Shown one piece after another: positions 1 to 7,958 of a DNA stretch of 50,258 nucleotides; position 1 is the stretch's first letter; each line of letters begins with the position of its first letter. Made by a program: the position numbers and the translations under genes. The stretch spans positions 1 through 50,258 of the forward strand of contig JAPOOT010000370.1 of NCBI GenBank assembly GCA_026713285.1. Reading direction: 5' to 3'. The notes beneath the pieces were generated by a model that was given only the letters and a program-made list of their open reading frames with translations, did not search any database and was not told the origin of the DNA. This DNA comes from Gemmatimonadota bacterium. Its GTDB lineage: Bacteria > JAAXHH01.

Positions 1-699
1 CATGGCGCGCGGCGCGCTACGAAGGTTTTCGATCTTGTCCCAGGCCTTTTCACTGGCTACGACTAACGCCAGGCCCTGCGGCGCGTTCAGGCACTTCTGC
101 GTCGTGGAGACCATCAGATCGATGCCCCAGTCGTCGACACGCACTTCGATCCCTCCGAAGGACGACACGCAGTCTACCATGTAGATCACGTGGGGAAACT
201 CCATCTTCAGCATTCGCCCGATTGCCTCGATGGGATTCAGGGTGCCCGTCGTGGTCTCGCAGTGAACCAGTGCAATCTGCCTGATTTCCGGGTCGTCGAG
301 CAGATATCCACGGATCGTTTCCGGGTCGACAGCCTGTCCTTCCTCAAGGGCGATCTCGGTCGTGTTACCGCCCGCGAACCGGGCCAATTCCGTCAGCAGC
401 CGGCCGAAGACGCCGGTCTGGACTGTCAGCACATGGTCACCGGACTCCACGGTGCTCAGCATGACCGCTTCAAGGCCGTAAACGGCGGATCCCGGCATGA
501 GCATGGGACCGTTTTTGGTATGCATCAACCGCTTGAGCAGGAGACAGGTCTCTTTTTCGACCTCGGGGTAATGAGCATAATAGACCGGTTCCACGAGCTG
601 CTCCCCGATGGCCGCGAGGCAGGCAGGGGAGAGCGGCGTCTGCCCGCAACTCATGTTGATACGCTGATTCGCCGGCGCGGAAGTGAGATCGCTGGCCAT
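1..699 (-). CDS. Class V (AGXT / serine-pyruvate / PhnW-like) PLP-dependent aminotransferase; N-terminal 233 codons, 3' end runs off the left window edge
   Basis: Absent from the ORF track (no stop in window). My reverse-strand translation from ATG 697-699 is open in frame to position 1: MASDLTSAPANQRINMSCGQTPLSPACLAAIGEQL...LMPGSAVYGLEAVMLSTVESGDHVLTVQTGVFG...VHCETTTGTLNPIEAIG...VDCVSSFGGIEVRVDDWGIDLMVSTTQKCLNAPQGLALV. The layout, including the SxxQK PLP-lysine region, is typical of class V aminotransferases. Confidence 0.75.
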   Translation of the reverse strand, partial: MASDLTSAPANQRINMSCGQTPLSPACLAAIGEQLVEPVYYAHYPEVEKETCLLLKRLMHTKNGPMLMPGSAVYGLEAVMLSTVESGDHVLTVQTGVFGRLLTELARFAGGNTTEIALEEGQAVDPETIRGYLLDDPEIRQIALVHCETTTGTLNPIEAIGRMLKMEFPHVIYMVDCVSSFGGIEVRVDDWGIDLMVSTTQKCLNAPQGLALVVASEKAWDKIENLRSAPRAM

Positions 700-718
700 G
701 TCCCCGCCCTCTCTTCGG

Positions 719-2377
719 TCAGTGTTCACCGATATAGACCTTGTCCCACACCAAACTGCCTACCGTGCCGTCGGGACGCGTGGCGTATCCCTTTACCCAG
801 GGTTTTCGGAGTCCGTAACCGATCGGATGGTAGATGAAGGCGCCGCCGTAGTCGGAAACGAGGATATGTTCGGCCTGCCGGTACATCTCCGTGCGCCGGG
901 CGGGATCGGGCTCCGCGATCGCCCGGTCAACGAGATCGTCGAAGGCCGGATGGGTCCAATCCTGCCGCTGCGCCCCGCGCGGCCGCGAATGCCAGGTCAT
1001 GTCCAGCATGTTCCTCGGGTCGAGATAATCCGCTCCCCAGGCAATGAAACCGAGGGGTATCTGCCAGTCGAAGAGCGCGCTCATGTAGGAACCCATATCG
1101 CTGCTGCGGAAAGTGATATTCACCCCGAGATCACTTCGCAACATCCCCTGAATCGCCTCGGCGATACGGCGGGTGATGGGATTGGGCGCCCTGAGCCAGG
1201 TTTCGACGGTTGGAAACCCCCGCCCCCTCGGGTAGCCGGCCTCTGCCATGAGCTGCCGGGCCCGTCCCGGATCATATCCCTGGTACAGCTTGTGTTCCGG
1301 CCCCGCGTAGGCGTCGAAACCAGGCGGTATCATCGAATAGGCCGGGATGCCAGCACCCTGGAGAATAACACGGCAGATCGACTCGCGGTCAATGGCCCGG
1401 GTGAAAGCTTCCCGGACCCGGACGTCATCGAAGGGCGGTTCCCGGGTCCTGAAAATAAAGTACCAGGTCTGGTAACTCGGCGAACGGACGATCTCCTTCC
1501 CCAGGCGGGGGTCGTTTTCGATTCGGTGGAGCTCCGAAAGATCGACGGCTTCCATGTCCACCTCGTCATTCTCATAGGGCAGTATGTTGGCCGCCGCGGC
1601 CTCGCGGAACAGCTGGACGACCTGTTCCAGATAGGGCTTGTGGGGACCGTTGTACATGGGATCCGGCACGTATTTGATGTGGCTGCCGGGCGCCCACTCG
1701 GCCATCTTGAAGCCGCTGTTGGTGACGATGTTGCCCTGTTCGGTCCATTTGCGCCCATACTTTTCCACGGCCCAGCGCGGCGCCGGAAAGGTGTCCGGAA
1801 ATGAGATGATGTGTAGCAGGTAGGGCGTCGGCTGTTCGGTTTCGATCACCAGAGTCAGGTCGTCCACCGCGCGTACGCCCAGCTGTTCGATGTCCTCGAT
1901 CCGGCCCTGGTTTATCGCCCGCGCATTCTTGAAATCGTAGTAGAAGTTCGCGTAGATATTCCCCGACGCAGGATCGATGTTGCGCCTGAACGTATAGACG
2001 AAGTCGTGCGCGGTGACCGGGCGGCCGTCGCTCCACCGGGCGCCTGGCCGCAGGTGGAACGTCCACGTCAGTCCATCGTCGGAACGCTCGTAACGCTCGG
2101 CCGCGCCCGGTATCGGACGCATGAACTCGTCCCGCCACATCAGCATTTCGAAGGGTCTCAGGACCAGTCCTTCGTCGTCATAGGGATGGATGCCGGAATC
2201 GAGACCGCGCGGCTCCATGTTCATTACGCGGATGACCTGCCGGGACAGGGGTGCGGCATCCGGAGGCATGATCTTGCCTACCGAATTCGTCCGCTGGCTT
2301 TGGCCGGGGGACGTGGAGACGATCGCCAGGGTCGCAAGGCCTGCGATCATGTGAACCAATGGACGCACCGGACGCAT
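719..2377 (-). CDS. ABC transporter substrate-binding protein, family 5 (OppA/DppA/NikA-like peptide/nickel binding)
   Basis: ORF 719..2479. Size and sequence (WSDGRPVTAHDFVYTFRR, GAGIPAYSMIPPG) fit SBP family 5. Start trimmed to ATG 2375-2377 (MRPVRPLVHMIAGLATLAIVSTS, signal-peptide-like, GGAAGG 7 nt upstream) because the longer ORF would run into the tRNA at 2439-2522. Confidence 0.8.
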   Translation of the reverse strand: MRPVRPLVHMIAGLATLAIVSTSPGQSQRTNSVGKIMPPDAAPLSRQVIRVMNMEPRGLDSGIHPYDDEGLVLRPFEMLMWRDEFMRPIPGAAERYERSDDGLTWTFHLRPGARWSDGRPVTAHDFVYTFRRNIDPASGNIYANFYYDFKNARAINQGRIEDIEQLGVRAVDDLTLVIETEQPTPYLLHIISFPDTFPAPRWAVEKYGRKWTEQGNIVTNSGFKMAEWAPGSHIKYVPDPMYNGPHKPYLEQVVQLFREAAAANILPYENDEVDMEAVDLSELHRIENDPRLGKEIVRSPSYQTWYFIFRTREPPFDDVRVREAFTRAIDRESICRVILQGAGIPAYSMIPPGFDAYAGPEHKLYQGYDPGRARQLMAEAGYPRGRGFPTVETWLRAPNPITRRIAEAIQGMLRSDLGVNITFRSSDMGSYMSALFDWQIPLGFIAWGADYLDPRNMLDMTWHSRPRGAQRQDWTHPAFDDLVDRAIAEPDPARRTEMYRQAEHILVSDYGGAFIYHPIGYGLRKPWVKGYATRPDGTVGSLVWDKVYIGEH

Positions 2378-2438
2378 AGGACGCCTTCCGGATGACGTGG
2401 ACTGGTGAGTTAGACGCGTGTAAAGGTAAAGGTAAGGA

Positions 2439-2522
2439 TGCCGAAGCGCGGATTCGAACCGCGACGGGATTTCTCCCACTGCCCCCTCAAGACAGCGTGT
2501 CTACCAATTCCACCACTTCGGC
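2439..2522 (-). tRNA. tRNA-Leu, anticodon GAG (class II, long variable arm); CCA not encoded
   Basis: Reverse strand reads GCCGAAG-TG-GTGGAATTGGTAGACAC-G-CTGTC-TTGAGGG-GGCAG-TGGGAGAAATCCCGT-CGCGG-TTCGAAT-CCGCG-CTTCGGC-A (84 nt). It has a 7-bp acceptor stem, an anticodon loop with GAG at positions 34-36, a 15-nt variable arm and a canonical TTCGAAT T-loop. Its position directly after secG matches the E. coli secG-leuU arrangement. Confidence 0.93.
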
Positions 2523-2570
2523 GTCACGTCGATTTGCCGGCGGAAGGACCGCCGCGCAATGGTCGACGGA

Positions 2571-2942
2571 TCAGGGCGTGGTCCCTTGGTCGGCTGGAGC
2601 GGCGGGCAGGCCCGATTCCGCGTCGGGCAATCCCTGGGCGGGAGACGCCTGCTGGTTTCTCAGGGCTTCTTCCTGGATAATGCTGCGTGTGCGTTGCGCA
2701 TCGTCGGGCAACAGGTTCAGACCGATGACGATCAGCATGTAAAGCGTCGCCAATATGGTCGTCACCTTACCCAGGAAAGTCGCGGCGCCCCGGCCGCCGA
2801 ACATCTGGCCGGCCATGCCGCCGGTTGGGCCGCCCGCTCCGAAAGCGCTGGACAAGCCACCGCCCTTGCCCGACTGCAACAGGACAGACAGGATCAAAAC
2901 GAGACAGACCACGACGTGTATTGCAACTGCGGTGGTAAACAC
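2571..2942 (-). CDS. secG: Preprotein translocase subunit SecG
   Basis: GTG start (2940-2942). MFTTAVAIHVVVCLVLILSVLLQSGKGGGLSSAFGAGG... is the typical SecG N-terminus (TM segment, Gly-rich loop, second TM). It sits downstream of tpiA, as in many bacteria. Confidence 0.9.
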   Translation of the reverse strand: MFTTAVAIHVVVCLVLILSVLLQSGKGGGLSSAFGAGGPTGGMAGQMFGGRGAATFLGKVTTILATLYMLIVIGLNLLPDDAQRTRSIIQEEALRNQQASPAQGLPDAESGLPAAPADQGTTP

Positions 2943-2989
2943 GGTAAGTATCCTTCGATTGGCGAGAGGTAGTAGCGGATCAGGATTCG

Positions 2990-3781
2990 TTAGCCGCCGT
3001 CAGATCCCAGTCCGGCCCGGACAATGGCCTCGAAAGACGAGGCGTCCAGGCTGGCTCCACCCACAAGTGCTCCATCAATGTGCGGACGGGACATCAACGC
3101 GCCCGCGTTTTCAGGTTTGACGCTTCCCCCGTACTGAATCCGGATCCGACTGGCGAAATCGTCGTCAAACATATCCGCGATCACCGTCCTCAGGTGACCA
3201 TGCACCCGGTCCGCCTGATCGGGCGTGGCTACCTTGCCGGTCCCGATCGCCCAGACCGGCTCGTAAGCCAGCACGAGATCTTCGGCACTTTCCTGCTTCG
3301 TATCCGACAGACCCTGTCGTACCTGCTCGTCGACAACCTGTTCGGTGCGGCCGGCTTCGCGGTCCTGAAGCGTCTCGCCGACGCAGAGGATCGGGGTGAG
3401 ACCCGCCGCAAAGGCCGATTTCACTTTTTCGTTGACGGAGTGATTCGTTTCGTCGAAATACGTCCGCCTTTCAGAGTGCCCCAATATAACGTACCTGCAC
3501 CCCGAAGTCAACAGCATTCTGGCCGACACTTCCCCCGTGTACGCGCCTTCATGCGCCTGGTGCATGTTCTGGGCGCCCAGTGAAATCGAACTGCGTGACA
3601 GCTGCGTGGCGGCCACGGCAAGATGGGTAAATGGAGGGCACAGCACAAGGTCCGCGGCCAGGGCAAGCGATGCCGTGCGCTCGACCAACTCGGCGACCAG
3701 CGAAGCGCCGTCGACCACGTCGGTATGCATTTTCCAATTGCCGGCGATAATCAACCGGCGCGCCGCCGTTCTCAAATCCAC
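2990..3781 (-). CDS. tpiA: Triosephosphate isomerase
   Basis: Motifs IIAGNWKMH, ILGHSERR and YEPVWAIGTG. GTG start at 3779-3781. Confidence 0.95.
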   Translation of the reverse strand: MDLRTAARRLIIAGNWKMHTDVVDGASLVAELVERTASLALAADLVLCPPFTHLAVAATQLSRSSISLGAQNMHQAHEGAYTGEVSARMLLTSGCRYVILGHSERRTYFDETNHSVNEKVKSAFAAGLTPILCVGETLQDREAGRTEQVVDEQVRQGLSDTKQESAEDLVLAYEPVWAIGTGKVATPDQADRVHGHLRTVIADMFDDDFASRIRIQYGGSVKPENAGALMSRPHIDGALVGGASLDASSFEAIVRAGLGSDGG

Positions 3782-3793
3782 TCCGTTGTTACA

Positions 3794-4837
3794 CTAACCG
3801 AAAAATACCTGGGCAATGTCATACAGTTCCATGTCGACGGTGCGTATCCTGCCGGTCACTTCGGCCAGCGGCACCGTTCCGATCTTCGAGCCCTTCAGCG
3901 CCACCATCTTGCCAGAATCGCCGCTGTGAACCAGGTCGGCCGCGGTGACTCCGTATCTCGTCGCCAGAACCCGGTCGTAGGGCGTCGGAGATCCTCCGCG
4001 CTGCGTGTATCCCAGTGTGGTCACACGGGTCTCTATCCGCGCCCGCCGTTCGATCTCGACGCCGATCACTTCACCGATACCGCCCAGGCGCACGTGTCCG
4101 AATTCATCTACCTTGTCATCCTGGGTCACGTGGCCCTGGGAATCCTTCATCGTGAAGCCTTCGGCTACCACGACGAGGCTGAAGGTCTTGCCCCGGTCAA
4201 TGCGCTGTTTGACGAGTGCGCAGACCTCGTCCAGGGTCATGGGCACCTCCGGGATCAGGATGCAGTCTGCTCCACCGGCGATACCCGACTTGATTGCTAT
4301 CCAGCCGGTGTGCCTCCCCATCACCTCGATGACCATCACACGGTGGTGGGACTCCGCGGTGGTATGCAGGCGGTCTATGGCGTCTGTGGCAATCGTCACC
4401 GCCGTGTCGAATCCGAATGTCATGTCCGTTCCGACGATGTCATTGTCGATCGTCTTCGGGAGGCCCACCATGGGTATGCCGGCATCGTTCAATGCAGCCG
4501 CGGCGCCAAGCGTATCCTCGCCACCTATGGCGACCACCGCGTCCAGGCCCAGTTTCCCGACGTTCTCCTGGATTCGATCGATATCTCCTTCGTTCTTCAT
4601 CGGGTTGGTCCTGGAAGTGCCCAGGATGGTGCCGCCCCTGTGAAGGATTCCCGATACGGAAACCAGGTCGAGTGGACTGGTATTGTTGTTTATCAATCCA
4701 GCCCATCCATTGCGTATACCCAGGACCGTCGATCCATAGGTCTTGATCGAACGCCTTGTCACCGCCCGGATCGCGGCGTTCAATCCCGGACAATCGCCGC
4801 CACCCGTCAATATGCCGATTTGCATTTGTGATTTCAT
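3794..4837 (-). CDS. pfk: 6-phosphofructokinase, probably pyrophosphate-dependent (PFK family A, short bacterial type)
   Basis: MQIGILTGGGDCPGLNAAIRAV, AIGGEDTLGAA, GLPKTIDNDI, MGRHTGWIA. The longest ORF (to 4933) overlaps comF. Plausible starts are ATG 4835-4837 (MKSQMQ...) or ATG 4823-4825 (MQIGIL..., GGGAG 12 nt upstream). Confidence 0.9.
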   Translation of the reverse strand: MKSQMQIGILTGGGDCPGLNAAIRAVTRRSIKTYGSTVLGIRNGWAGLINNNTSPLDLVSVSGILHRGGTILGTSRTNPMKNEGDIDRIQENVGKLGLDAVVAIGGEDTLGAAAALNDAGIPMVGLPKTIDNDIVGTDMTFGFDTAVTIATDAIDRLHTTAESHHRVMVIEVMGRHTGWIAIKSGIAGGADCILIPEVPMTLDEVCALVKQRIDRGKTFSLVVVAEGFTMKDSQGHVTQDDKVDEFGHVRLGGIGEVIGVEIERRARIETRVTTLGYTQRGGSPTPYDRVLATRYGVTAADLVHSGDSGKMVALKGSKIGTVPLAEVTGRIRTVDMELYDIAQVFFG

Positions 4838-4866
4838 CTCCCGCCAGAATGTGAAACGGAGGGGTT

Positions 4867-5628
4867 TCAGGCGCGCGCGACGGTCAGGGCGAATACCCTT
4901 TCTGCGCCGGCCTGAAGCAAAGCCCGGGCGCAACTGTTAATCGTTGCCCCAGTCGTGAATATATCGTCTACAAGCGATACCGTGGCGTCGCGCACGGCCT
5001 CGACATCGCCGATTTCGAATACGCCCTCGACATTGGCCATTCGTTCTTCGGGATTCAACGAGGTCTGCGTCGGGGTGTTACGGGTCCGGGCAAGCACGTT
5101 TTCCAGTACCGGAATCCCCGTTTCGTCCGATATACCCCGCGCGATGTACGCGCACTGGTTATACCCCCTTTCCCGGTTTCTCAAGGGATGCAGGGGCACG
5201 GGCACAACGCCCGTAATATGCGGCATCCCCGGTTCCTGTTCAACCCTTTTTGCCAGCAAGGATCCCAGGAACAACCCGATGCCGGGCCGGTTCCGGTACT
5301 TGAGTTGATGGATGAGATCCTGTAGCGGCCGGTTGAACTCGAACCCGGAAATTGCGCCGTCGAAATAGAACGTACGGCCCGCGCAGGCCGGACAGGGGAC
5401 TACCGGTGTGTCCAGCGGATTGCCGCATCGTTCGCAGTATGGCGCATCGATCGGCAGCAGTCCCGATTCGCAGATCCTACAGATTACGCGGCGGCCATCG
5501 AAAACCCGGACCCGGCAGGACACGCAGCATGGCGGATAAACCAGGTCCATTACCGCGCTGCCTACCGTACGTAACATGTTGGATAAATTGGCTTTGAGGT
5601 TCTGTCCGATCGGTGCTGAATGAAACAT
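4867..5628 (-). CDS. comF: ComF family protein (phosphoribosyltransferase-domain, ComFC-like)
   Basis: N-terminal Cys clusters (CCVSC...CRIC...CERCGNPL...CPAC) followed by a PRTase motif VSLVDDIFTTGATI. Confidence 0.85.
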   Translation of the reverse strand: MFHSAPIGQNLKANLSNMLRTVGSAVMDLVYPPCCVSCRVRVFDGRRVICRICESGLLPIDAPYCERCGNPLDTPVVPCPACAGRTFYFDGAISGFEFNRPLQDLIHQLKYRNRPGIGLFLGSLLAKRVEQEPGMPHITGVVPVPLHPLRNRERGYNQCAYIARGISDETGIPVLENVLARTRNTPTQTSLNPEERMANVEGVFEIGDVEAVRDATVSLVDDIFTTGATINSCARALLQAGAERVFALTVARA

Positions 5629-5855
5629 GCACGATCGATTCGTATGGGACGGGGATCACCGAAGACCGGCGCGTCCGTCTAAGCGAACCCGGCCTCCAGC
5701 GATTCCTTGCTTATATCAGTCTATAACCGCAGCCCGTTTCTCGCAAATTGTGCGAGATTCCGGCGTAATCGTTCCGGCGTATCATCGTCCCGCGGCAGCA
5801 AGGATGATGGCTGGACTGAAGCGCGAAAGAAAGTGGACCGCCGTGCCGGATTACG

Positions 5856-6689
5856 TCACGCGCGACGGGGCCGGCTCCGCTCCGAACGTTGCCGGGCGCG
5901 GTTTCTGAGCCACCCCAGGAGGAGGAGCCCGACGCCGCACAAAACGATACTGATCCCCTGGTTTACCGAAAGGACCGCGCCGCCCAGGTTGCCCAGCGTC
6001 ATGCTGGATTCATAGTACCTGAACAGATCGACGAAAAACCGGGTGATGGGTTCTGTAATCAGCAGCATGGCAAAGAGGAATCCGTCGAATCGAGGCTTAC
6101 GGTCCAGCCACATCAACAGGCCGAAGAGGCCGAAACCCAGTACGGCGTTGTACAGCTGGGCGGGATGAAGCGCGACGTCCGGATAGAAAGAGCCCGCCGC
6201 GCTGAACGCCGGGAAGACTACGCCCAGGGCCGACTCGGTGGGAAGTCCGAAACAGCAGCCGTTCATGAAGCAACCGACCCGGCTGATCCCGATACCGAGG
6301 GCGATACTCGGTGCAAAGGCGTCGCAGGCTTTCCATACCGACAGCCTGTTCATGCGAAGGTACAGTATGGATGCCAGGACCGCCGCGATGAATCCGCCGT
6401 ACAGGGTCAGTCCGGTCAGACCGATCGAACCGGAGCTTTGAAAGGGACTGATGATATCGAGGGGGTTCGCGCTGAACTCGTTCCAGTGGGGTATGACGTA
6501 CATGATCCTGGCGCCGACGATGCCCGTGAGCATGATGAGCAGGCTCATGTTGACCATCTTGTTCTGGTTCAGGCCTCGGGCCCTGGATCGTCTAAGCGCC
6601 AGGAGAATCCCAACCATGAAGGATACGGCGAGCAAGAGGCCGTAGGTTCGTACTGTCAGTGGGCCGATCTCAAAAAGTATGGGATGCAT
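5856..6689 (-). CDS. lgt: Prolipoprotein diacylglyceryl transferase
   Basis: MHPILFEIGPLTVRTYGLLLAVSF..., ISRVGCFMNGCCFGLP, polytopic membrane profile and a basic C-terminal tail. Confidence 0.9.
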   Translation of the reverse strand: MHPILFEIGPLTVRTYGLLLAVSFMVGILLALRRSRARGLNQNKMVNMSLLIMLTGIVGARIMYVIPHWNEFSANPLDIISPFQSSGSIGLTGLTLYGGFIAAVLASILYLRMNRLSVWKACDAFAPSIALGIGISRVGCFMNGCCFGLPTESALGVVFPAFSAAGSFYPDVALHPAQLYNAVLGFGLFGLLMWLDRKPRFDGFLFAMLLITEPITRFFVDLFRYYESSMTLGNLGGAVLSVNQGISIVLCGVGLLLLGWLRNRARQRSERSRPRRA

Positions 6690-6721
6690 TTTATATCCTT
6701 GTTCGCGACGGGAGATGGGAT

Positions 6722-7939
6722 TCAGTAGTCAAATCGATGACGCCAGACATTCAACAACAGGCCGCACAGTATCAGGCTGGACATTAAAAAAGAGCCGCCG
6801 TAGCTGAGAAAAGGAAGGGGTACGCCGGCGATCGGCAGCACACCGACGGCCATCCCCACGTTCATGACCACGTGAAAAGTGAAAACGGATACGCAACCGG
6901 CCGCCAGCATGGCCTGATACCGGCTCTTGACGTTCATGGCGATATTGATGCCGATGAGTATGAAGACGTAGTACAGCCCGAGGACGGCGATCGAGCCCAG
7001 GAACCCGAATTCCTCGGCGATGACGGAGAAGATGAAATCAGTGTGCTGTTCCGGGAGGAACGCAAGGTGGGTTTGAGATCCCTGTAGAAACCCACGCCCG
7101 GTCATTCCCCCTGATCCGATGGCGATTTTGGACTGGATGATCTGGTAACCCGCGCCTTTGGGATCGACCTGAGGATTCAGAAAGGTCTCGACGCGCTGCT
7201 GCTGATAGTCGTGCAGCGAATCCCAGAGCGGTTCGGCGCCCAGGCCTACGCCCAGGTGGGCCACGATCAGGAATGTGGTGACGAACCGGGGAGGCCGCTT
7301 CAGATACATGATCCCGGCCACGATCAGAATGAATACCGACCAGATTACCCAGTCGAACCCGCTCACGACGCCGATAGCGACACCGATCAGGGGAGAGACC
7401 ATGAGAATCAGTTCGAGGACGCTCAACCCCGCCCAGAGCAGCACGCCGCATAGGATCGCTCCGAAAACGATGGAAGTGCCCAGGTCGGGCTGCGACAGAA
7501 TCAGGAAAACGGGCAGCGCCACGATAAAGCCGCAGGTGGCTATAACCGATGGCCGGTGAATGTTGGACCGCACCTGGGAAAGATACAGTGCGAGCGCCAT
7601 GATGACGGCGATTTTCGCCAGCTCGGAAGGCTGTATGCCGATAAAGCCGAATCTGATCCACCGGCTGGACCCCTTGACTGTCTCGGTGGTCAGAACGAAG
7701 ACCAGCAGGACCATCACCAGAACGAATAACGGGATGGTAATGACCTGAAGGAACCGGGTCGGCAACACCGAAGTCACGTACATGACCCCGATACCGGTCA
7801 GGAACCACATGGACTGCAGCATGAAACGGGACATGCCCAGACCGGTTTCGTCCCGCGTGGCGCTGTAGATAACGATAATGCCGATCACGGACAACAGGAG
7901 GGAAATGATGACGAGTGTGCGGTTTAAGTGGATTTCCAT
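6722..7939 (-). CDS. rodA: Rod shape-determining SEDS protein RodA
   Basis: FtsW/RodA/SpoVE family (LPEQHTDFIFSVIAEEFGFLGS, PLPFLSYGGS). Lies directly downstream of mrdA in the mre cluster. Confidence 0.9.
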   Translation of the reverse strand: MEIHLNRTLVIISLLLSVIGIIVIYSATRDETGLGMSRFMLQSMWFLTGIGVMYVTSVLPTRFLQVITIPLFVLVMVLLVFVLTTETVKGSSRWIRFGFIGIQPSELAKIAVIMALALYLSQVRSNIHRPSVIATCGFIVALPVFLILSQPDLGTSIVFGAILCGVLLWAGLSVLELILMVSPLIGVAIGVVSGFDWVIWSVFILIVAGIMYLKRPPRFVTTFLIVAHLGVGLGAEPLWDSLHDYQQQRVETFLNPQVDPKGAGYQIIQSKIAIGSGGMTGRGFLQGSQTHLAFLPEQHTDFIFSVIAEEFGFLGSIAVLGLYYVFILIGINIAMNVKSRYQAMLAAGCVSVFTFHVVMNVGMAVGVLPIAGVPLPFLSYGGSFLMSSLILCGLLLNVWRHRFDY

Positions 7940-7958
7940 GGGATTTCAGGCGTATTTC

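Noticed and set aside
2-837. Plus-strand ORFs 2..184 and 190..837 at the left edge of the window.
   Set aside because: The opposite strand encodes a clear class V aminotransferase N-terminus (1..699) that the ORF track omits because it has no in-window stop.
5627-6015. Plus-strand ORFs 5627..5908 (93 aa) and 5707..6015 (102 aa) spanning the lgt-comF gap.
   Set aside because: Both run into the lgt coding sequence in antisense, are Arg-rich and have no SD. They are most likely spurious.
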